From Micavibrio sp. TMED2 (GTDB lineage Bacteria; Pseudomonadota; Alphaproteobacteria; TMED2), in NCBI GenBank assembly GCA_002168225.1, contig NHBH01000009.1:785115-849114 (forward strand): a stretch of DNA of 64,000 bases, in the 5' to 3' direction. Both the position numbers and the translations under genes were made by a program. A model generated the notes under the pieces. It made no database searches. It had not been told where the DNA came from and saw only the letters and a program-made list of their open reading frames with translations. This document shows, one piece after another, positions 17,978-27,934 of this stretch (its first letter is position 1; the number at the start of each line of letters is the position of its first letter).

Positions 17978-18765
17978 CCGGCAAAGAACAGTTCGGTAAT
18001 AAGGTAATTGAGGGTCAGGATCAGGATCGAGGCGGTCACCACGGCATTGGTGGTGGCCTTGCCGACACCCTGCGCGCCGCGACCGGAATGATAGCCCTGA
18101 TAGCAACCCATGAGCGCGATCACAAAGCCGAAGGCCGATGCCTTGACCAGACCGGAGATAACGTCGATCGGCTCAAGGTATTCCACCGTGCTTTTCAGAT
18201 AGGCGGCACTGTTGAAATCGAGGATATGCACGCCGACCAGATAGCCGCCCATGACGCCGATGCTGTCAGCGATGATGACCAGCAGGGGCAGGGTGATGGC
18301 ACCGGCGAGCAGGCGCGGGGCGATCAGGTATTTGAACGGGTTGGTGGACAGGGTCCAGAGCGCGTCGATCTGCTCGGTTACGCGCATGGTGCCGATTTCA
18401 GCGGCGGTGGCGGCACCGACCCGTCCCGCAACCATTAGTCCGGCCAGCACGGGGCCAAGCTCACGGGTCATGGACAGAACGACAACCGTGGCAACTGCAC
18501 CCTCGGCCTGAAAGCGCGAGAAGCCGGTATGGCTCTGCAGGGCCAGCACCATGCCGGTAAACAGCGCGGTCAGGCCGACCACCGGCAGGGAGTAGAAGCC
18601 CATCTGCATCAGCTGGCGACCGATCAGCCGCGGGAAATACGGCGGTGTCAGAACATGACAGATGGCCTTGCCGGTAAACAGCCCGAAGCGACCGAGCTGG
18701 GCCAGAAGGCCGAGAAAGGCGGCGCCGATCATGGCGATTGGATTGACGGTCTGACTGCTGGCCAT
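17974..18765 (-). CDS. mlaE: MlaE-family ABC permease
   Basis: RELGPVLAGLMVAGRVG, AEIGTMRVTEQIDAL, GVGKATTNAVV. Confidence 0.92.
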   Translation of the reverse strand: MASSQTVNPIAMIGAAFLGLLAQLGRFGLFTGKAICHVLTPPYFPRLIGRQLMQMGFYSLPVVGLTALFTGMVLALQSHTGFSRFQAEGAVATVVVLSMTRELGPVLAGLMVAGRVGAATAAEIGTMRVTEQIDALWTLSTNPFKYLIAPRLLAGAITLPLLVIIADSIGVMGGYLVGVHILDFNSAAYLKSTVEYLEPIDVISGLVKASAFGFVIALMGCYQGYHSGRGAQGVGKATTNAVVTASILILTLNYLITELFFAG

Positions 18766-18808
18766 TGCTTGATGCTTGTCCGAAAAATACAGGCTTGGAT
18801 ACGGGGGA

Positions 18809-19942
18809 TCAGGATTTGTGTGATGTCTCATAAACCCGGCGATAGCGCTTGCCAAGGCTCGTGAGGATTTCATAGCTGATTGTCTGGTGATCGGTGGCGA
18901 CATCGTCGAGCGGACGGTTGGGGCCGATGATTTCGACATAATCGCCGGGACGACAGGCCTCGGTGGCAATATCGGTGACATCGATGCCGGTCATGTCCAT
19001 GGAAATGCGGCCAATGATCGGTGCGTTCAGATCGCCGAAGGCCACACGTCCCTTGCCACTGCCGGTGCGCAGAAAGCCATCGGCATAACCGAGGCCGAGG
19101 GTGGCGATCCGGCTGGGGCGTTTCGCGGTCCATGTGGCGCTGTACCCCACATGGGTACCGGCGGGCACATCGCGGACCTGCAAGACGCGGGCGGAGAGCT
19201 GGACCACGGGGCTCATCGGGTTGCTGAGATGCGGGGTCGGGTTGCCGCCATAAAGCGCGATGCCCGGGCGTACCATGTTGTAGAGATAATTACTGCCAAG
19301 GAAGATCCCGGCGGAGTTGGCGAAACAGGCCTTGGCATTCGGTTCCAGCGGTTCCAGCAGGGCCAGCGCATTGCGGAAATTGTCGAGCTGCTGCAGATTC
19401 TGTTCACTGTCATGAACATCGGCAGAGGCCAGATGGCTCATGATGAACTTGACGGTGAAGCCCTTGAAGGCATCCTGATCGCCAGCGAGCTTTTCCACGT
19501 CTTCCGGCATCATGCCGAGCCGGGACATGCCGGTATCCAGCTGTATGATCGCGGGCAGTTTGCGCCCGGCGGCGCGGGAGGCGGAGGACCAGCAGGCAAA
19601 ATCGGCAGGATCATTCAGTACCGGCACCAGCTTATTGCTGATCAACTCGACCTCGGTGCCGCGCAGATAGTTGCTCAAGACCGCGATTTCTGCCTCGGGC
19701 AGTATTCGGCGCAGTTCGATGGCTTCATCGACCGTGGCGACGAAGAACCAGCGGCAGCCATTGTCCCATAACACTGGTGCTACCTTGCCGATACCGAGGC
19801 CATAGGCATCGGCCTTCACCACGCCAGCGCAGATCGCGGGTTCTACGCGATCCCGGAGCTTCCGGTAATTTGCAGCGATGGCGTCGAGATTGATCCGCAG
19901 AATGGCATTGCTGTTGAGCGAGGTAGGCTGGGCGGCATCCAT
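18809..19942 (-). CDS. alr: Alanine racemase
   Basis: VVKADAYGLG (PLP lysine), DTGMSRLG, GYADG, GRISMD, ISYEIL. Confidence 0.96.
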   Translation of the reverse strand: MDAAQPTSLNSNAILRINLDAIAANYRKLRDRVEPAICAGVVKADAYGLGIGKVAPVLWDNGCRWFFVATVDEAIELRRILPEAEIAVLSNYLRGTEVELISNKLVPVLNDPADFACWSSASRAAGRKLPAIIQLDTGMSRLGMMPEDVEKLAGDQDAFKGFTVKFIMSHLASADVHDSEQNLQQLDNFRNALALLEPLEPNAKACFANSAGIFLGSNYLYNMVRPGIALYGGNPTPHLSNPMSPVVQLSARVLQVRDVPAGTHVGYSATWTAKRPSRIATLGLGYADGFLRTGSGKGRVAFGDLNAPIIGRISMDMTGIDVTDIATEACRPGDYVEIIGPNRPLDDVATDHQTISYEILTSLGKRYRRVYETSHKS

Positions 19943-19984
19943 GGGCGAGCAGTTCCAATCGGGGCATTCGGGATGCCCACAAAG

Positions 19985-21496
19985 CTAGTCGTCCATATGG
20001 TAATTGTCGAGGTCGTCAAAGCGGGTGAACTCGTCGATGAAGGCCAGCATCGGGTTGCCGATCGGACCGTGACGCTGCTTGGCAATCACCACCTCAGCCT
20101 TGCCTTCCATGAGTTGCGCGCGTTCCGACCATGCCGCGAAACGCTCGTTATAACGGTCCTGACTCTCATCCGGGCGCTGTGCCGGTTCTGCCCGTTGCAG
20201 GTAATAGGACTCGCGGAATACGAACATGACCACGTCCGCATCCTGCTCGATCGAGCCCGATTCCCGCAGATCGGCCAGTTGCGGGCGCTTGTCTTCACGC
20301 TGCTCGACGGCACGCGAGAGCTGTGACAGGGCGACGACCGGAACATGCAGTTCCTTGGCGAGTGCCTTCAGGCCGCGGGTGATTTCGGAGATTTCCTGCA
20401 CCCGGTTTTCGGATGAGCTTGCAGAACCGCGCAGCAGCTGCAGGTAGTCGATGACGATCATGCCAATGCCCTTGGTCCGCTGCAGGCGGCGCGAGCGCTG
20501 GCGGACCTGACCGATGGTAAGGGCAGGCGTGTCGTCGATATAGAGGCCGGTATTCTGCAGATCGCGGCTGGCCTCGATAAAGGTCGGGATGTCGCGGTCG
20601 GTCAACTCGCCACGTCTGATCTTGTGTGACGGAATGCTGGTAACATCGGCCAGAATACGACCGGCGAGCTGATCGGCGGACATCTCGAGTGAGAAGATCA
20701 GGACCGGAGCACCGGCCTCGCCATTGCTCTTGTCGAACTCCCGTGCGGCGCGGAAGGCCATATTGGTGGCGAGCGCGGTTTTACCCATCGAGGGGCGACC
20801 GGCGAGGATGATCAGGTCAGAAGGGTGGAAACCACCCATTTTGGCATCCAGTGTCTTGAAGCCGGTGGTGACCCCGGTAATGCCGCCACCATGCTGATAG
20901 GCCTTCTCCGCAGCATCAATCGCCACGGTCATGGCCTCGACGAGCGAGACGCTGCCACGGTCGGTATCACCGGTGGTGGCGAGATTGAACAGCTGGGTTT
21001 CAACCTCGCCGAGCTGTGCTTTCGCGCTGTCTTCAAGGCTGGCCTTCGCCGCCTTGGTCGCCATGTCGTGACCGAGTTCGATCAGGCGGCGGCGCAGATA
21101 CAGATCGGCAATCGCATTGGCGTAATCGACCACGGCGCCACCGGTGATGGCATTGGCGGCAATCTCTGCCAGATAGCCGCCGCCACCGACCTCGGCCAAA
21201 TCCGCATCCTGATCGAAATAGGTGCGGAGCGTGCGCGGATCGGCGACCTGACCCTGCTGGATCAGGCGCTGGATCGCTTCAAAAATCCGACCATGGGCCG
21301 GCACATAGAAATATTCCGGCTTCAGCTTGTCATCGAGCCGGTCGAGCAGCCGGTTTTCATACAGCAAAGCGCCCAGCAGGCCCTGTTCCGCCTCGATATT
21401 GGAGGGCGGCACGGAACGCTGGACATCGCCTTGCGTGCTGGGATCATTGGCGGCGATCACGTCGCCGGAACCGGGATATAGGGGAGCCTGTTGCAT
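19985..21496 (-). CDS. dnaB: Replicative DNA helicase
   Basis: GRPSMGKT, FSLEM, IDYLQL, LSQLSR, DLRESGSIEQDAD, KQRHG. Confidence 0.97.
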   Translation of the reverse strand: MQQAPLYPGSGDVIAANDPSTQGDVQRSVPPSNIEAEQGLLGALLYENRLLDRLDDKLKPEYFYVPAHGRIFEAIQRLIQQGQVADPRTLRTYFDQDADLAEVGGGGYLAEIAANAITGGAVVDYANAIADLYLRRRLIELGHDMATKAAKASLEDSAKAQLGEVETQLFNLATTGDTDRGSVSLVEAMTVAIDAAEKAYQHGGGITGVTTGFKTLDAKMGGFHPSDLIILAGRPSMGKTALATNMAFRAAREFDKSNGEAGAPVLIFSLEMSADQLAGRILADVTSIPSHKIRRGELTDRDIPTFIEASRDLQNTGLYIDDTPALTIGQVRQRSRRLQRTKGIGMIVIDYLQLLRGSASSSENRVQEISEITRGLKALAKELHVPVVALSQLSRAVEQREDKRPQLADLRESGSIEQDADVVMFVFRESYYLQRAEPAQRPDESQDRYNERFAAWSERAQLMEGKAEVVIAKQRHGPIGNPMLAFIDEFTRFDDLDNYHMDD

Positions 21497-21536
21497 GGGC
21501 GACAAGCTACCGATAGTTGGGGACGACAGCCAGCGG

Positions 21537-21573
21537 GAAAAAAGCAAACGGCCGGTGAAAACACCGGCCGTTT
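21537..21573 (-). terminator. Intrinsic terminator after rplI
   Basis: Perfect 12-bp stem AAACGGCCGGTG-aaaa-CACCGGCCGTTT, followed by a T-run on the minus strand. Confidence 0.8.
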
Positions 21574-21592
21574 ATTCACAGGCTGTGAATCA
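21572..21592. promoter_or_regulatory. Two inverted DnaA-box-like sites upstream of dnaB
   Basis: TTATTCACA at 21572-21580 matches TTWTNCACA; TGTGAATCA at 21584-21592 (reverse TGATTCACA) contains a GANTC site. Confidence 0.55.
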
Positions 21593-21620
21593 CGGTAACA
21601 AGCGTGACCCTTGCCAACCC

Positions 21621-22250
21621 TTATGCGGTAACTTCTTCGCTCTCTTCAGCGGTTTCAGCGTCAGCAGCTTCGGCCAGTGCTTCCGCATCGGCTTCGTCGA
21701 CTTCCTCAATCTCGCTGTTTTTCAGCTCTTCCTCGCTGACCAGATCGCCTTCCTCGTTACGGACGAGGGCACCACCGGTTTCGCGCTGGATTTTCGCTTC
21801 GTCGGCAGAACGGGCGATGTTCACAGAGACGGTCACGCTGACTTCGGAGTGAAGGGAAACGCGAACGTCGAACAGGCCCAGCGTCTTGATGGCGAGGTTG
21901 AGAACAACCTGCCCGCGACCGACCTTGAAGCCGGCGTCGTTGAGGGCGTCGGCAACGTCACGGGCGGTGACGGAACCATAAAGCTGACCGGCTTCACCAG
22001 CCTGGCGGATCAGGACAACTTCCTGACCGTCCATGCTCTTGGCGACGGCTTCAGCTTCCTGACGACGCTTCAGGTTGCGTGCTTCCAGCTCTTTCTTCTG
22101 TGTTTCGAAGAGAGCGAGGTTGTCTTTGTTGGCCCGCAGCGCAATGCCTTTAGGCAACAGGAAATTGCGGGCATAGCCCGGCTTTACTTTAACGACATCG
22201 CCCATCTGGCCCAGATGTTCGACGCGCTCTAACAGGATAACGTCAAGCAT
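21621..22250 (-). CDS. rplI: 50S ribosomal protein L9
   Basis: [26 protein letters not shown]; acidic tail. Confidence 0.97.
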   Translation of the reverse strand: MLDVILLERVEHLGQMGDVVKVKPGYARNFLLPKGIALRANKDNLALFETQKKELEARNLKRRQEAEAVAKSMDGQEVVLIRQAGEAGQLYGSVTARDVADALNDAGFKVGRGQVVLNLAIKTLGLFDVRVSLHSEVSVTVSVNIARSADEAKIQRETGGALVRNEEGDLVSEEELKNSEIEEVDEADAEALAEAADAETAEESEEVTA

Positions 22251-23304
22251 ATTTCTTCTCCAACTTAGGCCCCAGCTTGGCAATAAACCATTCGCGCATC
22301 TGCAGGGGCGCATCCAAAAAACCCAAAATTGCAATGATGGCCAGCGAACCGAAAGTCGCGGTAAGCGTAACCACCAGATAAATCATCCAGCGAAGGAACC
22401 AGCCATATTTGATCTGTCTGGTTATATCGCCAATAACGCCAAAGCCGGCAATAACAGCGGGTATCGCCAGTATCATGGCGATATTCAGGGTAATGAACCT
22501 GATATCACCGATGGTCTGGCTGGCAATGATGCCGAACAGTGCCGTGATGATCACGTACCATACCGGCAAGGCTGCCTGTCCCAGTCTTACAGTTGGCTGA
22601 ACGGTCATCTGGATGAACCGGATAGAGGCCATGGCAAACTTAAGGGATGCCAATATCCAGATGCTGAACACCACGGTCACATAAGTCGGTGCGTATTGTG
22701 CTGCATTCATCAGCATCGACATTATCTGACGCTGGCCTTCGGTTGCCGGAGCGCTGTCGATTTCACCGAACAGAAACTCGTTCATGAAGCCGATGCTGTA
22801 TTCACCTAATACAAGCTCCGAGACGACAAATGCAGTGCCATAAACCCCGATAAAGGACATCAGTGTGATGCCATTCCTCAATCGGCCATGGGCTACATCC
22901 GGCCATAAAAACCACTGTAAGCTGTTACTACTCTCTTTTCTCTCCTCTGTTTTGTCTGGCCAGAGCCGCCGGTCCTGCAATCCGATAAACAGCGCGATTG
23001 GAATGAAAATTCCGCATGTCGCCGTTATCAGGCTTGGCAGGTCCAGATAGAACAGGCCGCCGACAAAAACTGTCAAAAAGCCAACCAACAGGCTGTCAAA
23101 ACCATAGATAAAGCCAAGCAGACCAAAAATCAGGGGCACCGTATAAAAGAATGGCAAGCCAATGATTGTAGTTACCTGAGCCGCCCAGATGCAGGCGGTG
23201 GCAATCATGCCAAAACAAATTCCGGCGATGATCTTCTGCCGCCAGCTTTTGTTGCCCGGGATAACCTCGGTTCTGCCTGTTTCGTCAATATCACTGTCAG
23301 TCAT
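22243..23304 (-). CDS. DUF2232/YybS-like polytopic membrane protein
   Basis: Many TM segments; C-terminal [12 protein letters not shown] resembles the DUF2232 end motif; position between rpsR and rplI is typical. Confidence 0.7.
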   Translation of the reverse strand: MTDSDIDETGRTEVIPGNKSWRQKIIAGICFGMIATACIWAAQVTTIIGLPFFYTVPLIFGLLGFIYGFDSLLVGFLTVFVGGLFYLDLPSLITATCGIFIPIALFIGLQDRRLWPDKTEERKESSNSLQWFLWPDVAHGRLRNGITLMSFIGVYGTAFVVSELVLGEYSIGFMNEFLFGEIDSAPATEGQRQIMSMLMNAAQYAPTYVTVVFSIWILASLKFAMASIRFIQMTVQPTVRLGQAALPVWYVIITALFGIIASQTIGDIRFITLNIAMILAIPAVIAGFGVIGDITRQIKYGWFLRWMIYLVVTLTATFGSLAIIAILGFLDAPLQMREWFIAKLGPKLEKKYA

Positions 23305-23379
23305 GACGAAACCCGTCAGTTCCAAACCGGCCGGTTACGCGCCCGGATCGGGGCGCATAACTGGTCGCTTAAAAAATCC

Positions 23380-23625
23380 TTATGACTTCACGACATAAGG
23401 CAGCAATGACAGGAAGCGTGCACGCTTGATCGCCTTGGACAGTTCACGCTGTTTCTTTGCAGAAACGGCAGTGATCCGGCTTGGAACAATCTTGCCACGC
23501 TCGGAGATATAGCGAGACAGCAGGCGAACGTCTTTATAGTCGATCGCCGGAGCGCCTTCACCAGAGAATGGGCAAGTCTTGCGACGCCGGAAAAATGGAC
23601 GGCGTGCTGAACGTACGTTGCTCAT
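23380..23625 (-). CDS. rpsR: 30S ribosomal protein S18
   Basis: [33 protein letters not shown]. Confidence 0.98.
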   Translation of the reverse strand: MSNVRSARRPFFRRRKTCPFSGEGAPAIDYKDVRLLSRYISERGKIVPSRITAVSAKKQRELSKAIKRARFLSLLPYVVKS

Positions 23626-24095
23626 GCGTCATCTCCTACGGTTTCGGTTTCGTTGTTATCGGAAGAGTCTTCGTTACGTGGGCGGCGGCTGCCACGATCA
23701 CCACGATCGTTGCGGTCACCACGATCACCACGCTCGCCACGGCCACCGGGACGCTCACTGCGCTCACCGCGGTCACGCTGCTGCAGAACAGCAGATGGCT
23801 CGCTGTCGAGCTCTTCAACGCGAATGCTCATGTAACGGATAACGTCTTCGTTGAAACGCAGGGAACGCTCCATTTCCGCAAGAGCGGCTGGAGGGGCGTC
23901 GATGCCTAGCATCACATAATGCCCTTTGCGGTTCTTTTGAATCCGGTAAGACAAAGCGCGCAGACCCCAGTTTTCGGTCTTGACGACTTTGCCGCTATTT
24001 TCAGTCAAAATGCTGGTCAGGCTTTCGGTGATCGCATCAACCTGCGCTGCCGAAACGTCCTGCCGTGCAATAAACACGGTTTCGTATAAAGCCAC
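23622..24095 (-). CDS. rpsF: 30S ribosomal protein S6
   Basis: GTG start with GGAG SD; [22 protein letters not shown]; RGDR-repeat tail. Confidence 0.97.
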   Translation of the reverse strand: MALYETVFIARQDVSAAQVDAITESLTSILTENSGKVVKTENWGLRALSYRIQKNRKGHYVMLGIDAPPAALAEMERSLRFNEDVIRYMSIRVEELDSEPSAVLQQRDRGERSERPGGRGERGDRGDRNDRGDRGSRRPRNEDSSDNNETETVGDDA

Positions 24096-24169
24096 TGCAA
24101 TGTGCTCCTTCTGGCTGTTGAGTGATCTGGCGCCACTTCCAAAAACGCTGAATAATCAGTGTTTTGGCT

Positions 24170-24216
24170 TGGCCGCCCAGATCTAGCCGATATCAAAAGC
24201 GATACCGGCAAGGAGG
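24170..24216 (-). promoter_or_regulatory. Candidate S6:S18-binding rpsF leader RNA
   Basis: Minus strand CCTT-GCCGGTATC-gctttt-GATATCGGC-TAGATCTGGGCGG forms a 9-bp stem in the rpsF 5' region; resembles known rpsF leaders by eye only. Confidence 0.45.
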
Positions 24217-24444
24217 TATCCCCATATGGCGGGGATGGCGCAATATAGCCAGAACGCGCACAAACTCAAGCCCAGTTTGGAAAGCCCGGTCGCTGAACAC
24301 AGGGGAACAGCCTTGCAGTACCGCTGTCCCGCGATTGCTTGACAACGGGCCGATGGTGTTTATCCATGCGCGCCCAACAGGACAACAAGCACATCAATGT
24401 GCGAACACGGACACCAACAGCGAAACACGAGAGTGACAGCAGTC

Positions 24445-25392
24445 ATGACCAAACTTGCGTTTGTATTCCCCGGACAGGGCAGCCAGAAGCCGGGCATGGG
24501 GCAGGAACTGGCCGAGGCATTCGGCGTCGCACGCGAAGTCTTTGAAGCCGTGGATGACGCGCTGGATCAGCATCTGAGCCGCCTGATGTTCAATGGCCCG
24601 GCCGAGGAACTGACCCTGACCGCCAATGCGCAACCGGCCCTGATGGCCGTCAGCCTCGCCGTAACCGAGGTGCTGCGCCGGGAAATGGGTATCGATATCT
24701 GTTCAAAGGCCAGCCTGGTCGCTGGGCATTCGCTGGGTGAGTACAGCGCTGCCGCTGCTGTCGGTGTCTTTGACATTGGCCAGACGGCAAAACTGCTCCG
24801 TCTGCGCGGTGAGACCATGCAGGCCGCCGTACCACCGGGCGAGGGGGCCATGGCTGCCATTCTTGGGCTTGAGCTTGATGCCGTGACCGATCTGGTCAGT
24901 GAGGCAAGCGGTGATGATGTCCTTGCCGTGGCCAATGACAATGCGCCGGGGCAGGTGGTGGTCAGCGGTCATGTGGCTGCTGTCGACCGGGCGATTGCGC
25001 TTGCCAAGGATAAAGGTGCCAAGCGTGCGCTGCCATTGCCGGTCAGTGCGCCATTCCATTGTCGCCTGATGGCCCCGGCAGCCGATGCCATGGCCAATGC
25101 GCTGGCCCAGATCGACCTCAAGCCCGCTTCGGTGCCGATGGTCTCCAATGTGATCGCCGAGCCGGTCTCTGCACCATCCGATCTACGCCGTGTCCTTGTG
25201 GATCAGGTCACCGGTACCGTGCGCTGGCGCGGTTGCGTTGATTATATGGCGGCGCAGGAGGTTGAGGCGATCTATGAACTCGGTGCCGGCAATGTGCTGT
25301 CGGGTCTGGTCAAACGCATCAACCGCGATATCAAAACCGGTAATGTCGGCACGCCGGGTGAGCTCGAAGAACTCGCCAAGCTGCTCGCCTGA
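24445..25392 (+). CDS. fabD: Malonyl-CoA:ACP transacylase
   Basis: FPGQGSQ, GHSLGEY, VSAPFH. Confidence 0.97.
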   Translation: MTKLAFVFPGQGSQKPGMGQELAEAFGVAREVFEAVDDALDQHLSRLMFNGPAEELTLTANAQPALMAVSLAVTEVLRREMGIDICSKASLVAGHSLGEYSAAAAVGVFDIGQTAKLLRLRGETMQAAVPPGEGAMAAILGLELDAVTDLVSEASGDDVLAVANDNAPGQVVVSGHVAAVDRAIALAKDKGAKRALPLPVSAPFHCRLMAPAADAMANALAQIDLKPASVPMVSNVIAEPVSAPSDLRRVLVDQVTGTVRWRGCVDYMAAQEVEAIYELGAGNVLSGLVKRINRDIKTGNVGTPGELEELAKLLA

Positions 25393-25430
25393 TCCGGTCT
25401 TTCATTCATTACAGTTGGGATAGGTAATCC

Positions 25431-26171
25431 ATGTTCAGTCTTGATGGCAAAACAGCACTCGTCACCGGCGCTTCCGGTGGTCTCGGTCAGTCCATTGCGA
25501 AAAGCCTCCATGCCAATGGCGCCCATGTCATTCTGAGCGGTACCCGTGAAGCGGTGCTGAATGAGGTCGCACAGGAAATCGGTGGCGACCGGGTACATGT
25601 GGTGACCGCCAATCTCGGTGACGCCGAAGGGATCGAGAAGCTCGCCAAGGATGCCGAAGCGGTGACCGGTCAGGTCGATATTCTGGTCAACAACGCCGGT
25701 ATCACCCGTGATCAACTGGCCATGCGCATGAAGGCAGAGGACTGGCAATCGGTTCTCGACGTCAATCTGACGGCACCTTTCAGCCTCGCCCGGGCCATGC
25801 TGCGCGGCATGATGAAACGCCGCTGGGGCCGAATCATCGGCATTACTTCTGTCGTTGGCGTGACCGGCAACCCCGGCCAGACCAACTATGCCGCCGCCAA
25901 GGCCGGTATGATCGGTATGACCAAATCGCTGGCGCAGGAGATTGCCAGCCGGGGTATTACCGTCAACTGTGTTGCCCCCGGTTTTATCCAGACCGCCATG
26001 ACCGATGCTTTGGATGACAAGCAGCGCGAAACCATGCTAGGCCGCATTCCTACAGGGACTTTCGGTGCGCCGGATGACATCGCCTCGGCTGTTGCCTACC
26101 TCGCGTCACCGGAAGCGGGTTACGTGACCGGGCAGACCCTGCACGTCAATGGTGGCATGGCCATGATTTAA
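25431..26171 (+). CDS. fabG: 3-oxoacyl-ACP reductase
   Basis: TGASGGLG, NNAGITRD, YAAAK; fab operon context. Confidence 0.96.
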   Translation: MFSLDGKTALVTGASGGLGQSIAKSLHANGAHVILSGTREAVLNEVAQEIGGDRVHVVTANLGDAEGIEKLAKDAEAVTGQVDILVNNAGITRDQLAMRMKAEDWQSVLDVNLTAPFSLARAMLRGMMKRRWGRIIGITSVVGVTGNPGQTNYAAAKAGMIGMTKSLAQEIASRGITVNCVAPGFIQTAMTDALDDKQRETMLGRIPTGTFGAPDDIASAVAYLASPEAGYVTGQTLHVNGGMAMI

Positions 26172-26321
26172 CCGTATCGGGACGGTACTTTCCCGAACAG
26201 TCTTGGCGCGTGTCCAACAATCATGCTAAGGGACCGCGTTATTTTGCAATCGGCAGTTTCGTATGAGCTGCCTCCACTGTCCGTTTCGAGACAATTCTGA
26301 CTAGTAGAAGGACCTATAGCG

Positions 26322-26561
26322 ATGGCCGATATTGCCGAACGCGTTAAGAAGATCGTTGTTGAACACCTCGGTGTTGAGGAAGACAAAGTAAGTGAAAACG
26401 CCAGCTTCATTGATGATCTTGGCGCAGACAGCCTTGATACCGTTGAGCTGGTCATGGCGTTTGAAGAAGAGTTCGGTGTCGAGATCCCCGACGATGCGGC
26501 AGAAAAAATTCTGACCGTCGGCGATGCTGTCGAGTTCATCAAAGCCAACTCTGATTCCTAA
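26322..26561 (+). CDS. acpP: Acyl carrier protein
   Basis: [20 protein letters not shown]. Confidence 0.98.
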   Translation: MADIAERVKKIVVEHLGVEEDKVSENASFIDDLGADSLDTVELVMAFEEEFGVEIPDDAAEKILTVGDAVEFIKANSDS

Positions 26562-26640
26562 GCTTTGGGAACTGGTCTGGGTGTAAGCCCGGACCGGGCC
26601 CTGCTTGGACCTGCATGTAAATCTCAGGGAATTGATCGTT

Positions 26641-27906
26641 ATGCGACGCGTCGTGGTAACTGGACTTGGCATGGTGTCACCGCTTGGTGGCTCTGTTGTC
26701 TCCAGCTGGGACCGCCTGATTGCCGGTAATTCCGGTATCCGGCCTATTGATAGCTTTGATGCCAGCGACCTGCCGTGCCGGATTGCCGGTACCGTGCCTG
26801 ATGTGTCCGAGGGCGATCACGGCTTCGATCCCGATGCTGCCATGGCAGCCAAGGACCGTCGCAAAAATGACCGTTTCATCGTGCTCGCCATGGCGGCAGC
26901 CGATGAGGCGGTAAAAGACTCCGGCTGGTTGCCGGAGGATGATGAGGACAAGGACCGTACCGGCGTCATGATCGGTTCCGGTATCGGTGGTCTCGGTACC
27001 ATCGACGAGAGTTCCCGCATCATGGACACCAAGGGACCGCGCCGTCTGTCGCCGTTCTTTATCCCGGCCTGTCTGATCAATCTGGCGTCCGGTCAGGTAT
27101 CCATCCGCTACGGTTTCCGTGGCCCGAACCATTCTGTCGTAACCGCCTGTGCAACCGGTGCCCACGCCATTGGTGATGCGGCCCGGATGATTGCGCTCGA
27201 CGATGCCGATGTGATGGTTGCCGGTGGTGCAGAAGCCGCGGTGAACCGCCTCGGCATTGCCGGTTTCGCCGCTTGCCGTGCCCTGTCCACCAGCTACAAC
27301 GACACGCCGGAACAGGCTTCGCGTCCGTTTGACAAGGGCCGCGATGGCTTTGTCATGGGGGAGGGCGCCGGTGTCGTCGTCTTGGAAGAATATGAGCACG
27401 CGAAAAAGCGCGGTGCCAAAATCTATGCCGAGGTTGTCGGCTACGGCATGTCCGGTGACGCCCACCATGTGACGGCACCAGCCGAGGATGGCAATGGCGG
27501 TTACCGCGCCATGAAGGCCGCGCTCAAGCGTGCCGGTCTGAACTCTTCTGACGTTGATTACGTCAATGCGCACGGCACCTCGACTCCGCTCGGTGATGAA
27601 ATCGAGATCAACGCGGTTCGTCGCCTGCTTGGCAATGACTATGACCATGTGAGCATCTCTTCGACCAAATCAGCCATCGGTCACCTGCTTGGTGCTGCCG
27701 GTGCGGTTGAGGCAATCTTCTCGGTCCTCGCGATCCGGGATCAGGTGGCACCGCCGACCCTGAACCTCAAGGACCCGTCAGACGGTCTTGCCGGGATTGA
27801 TCTGGTGCCTCTGAAGGCAAAAGAGCGTAAGATTGATGTGGCGCTGTCCAACAGCTTCGGCTTCGGCGGCACCAATGCCAGCCTGATCTTCAAAGCCGCC
27901 AGCTGA
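26641..27906 (+). CDS. fabF: Beta-ketoacyl-ACP synthase II
   Basis: MRRVVVTGLG, TACATG, HGTST, GHLLGAAG, NSFGFGGTN. Confidence 0.97.
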   Translation: MRRVVVTGLGMVSPLGGSVVSSWDRLIAGNSGIRPIDSFDASDLPCRIAGTVPDVSEGDHGFDPDAAMAAKDRRKNDRFIVLAMAAADEAVKDSGWLPEDDEDKDRTGVMIGSGIGGLGTIDESSRIMDTKGPRRLSPFFIPACLINLASGQVSIRYGFRGPNHSVVTACATGAHAIGDAARMIALDDADVMVAGGAEAAVNRLGIAGFAACRALSTSYNDTPEQASRPFDKGRDGFVMGEGAGVVVLEEYEHAKKRGAKIYAEVVGYGMSGDAHHVTAPAEDGNGGYRAMKAALKRAGLNSSDVDYVNAHGTSTPLGDEIEINAVRRLLGNDYDHVSISSTKSAIGHLLGAAGAVEAIFSVLAIRDQVAPPTLNLKDPSDGLAGIDLVPLKAKERKIDVALSNSFGFGGTNASLIFKAAS

Positions 27907-27934
27907 TCACTGGACACACTATCCGAGCCTTCTG

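Noticed and set aside
17168-18765. mlaE-mlaF without mlaD
   Set aside because: The alr-mlaE-mlaF-radA order with mlaD elsewhere is common in Alphaproteobacteria.
23690-23780. CCACGATCA-type tandem repeats
   Set aside because: They encode the ordinary RGDR low-complexity tail of S6.
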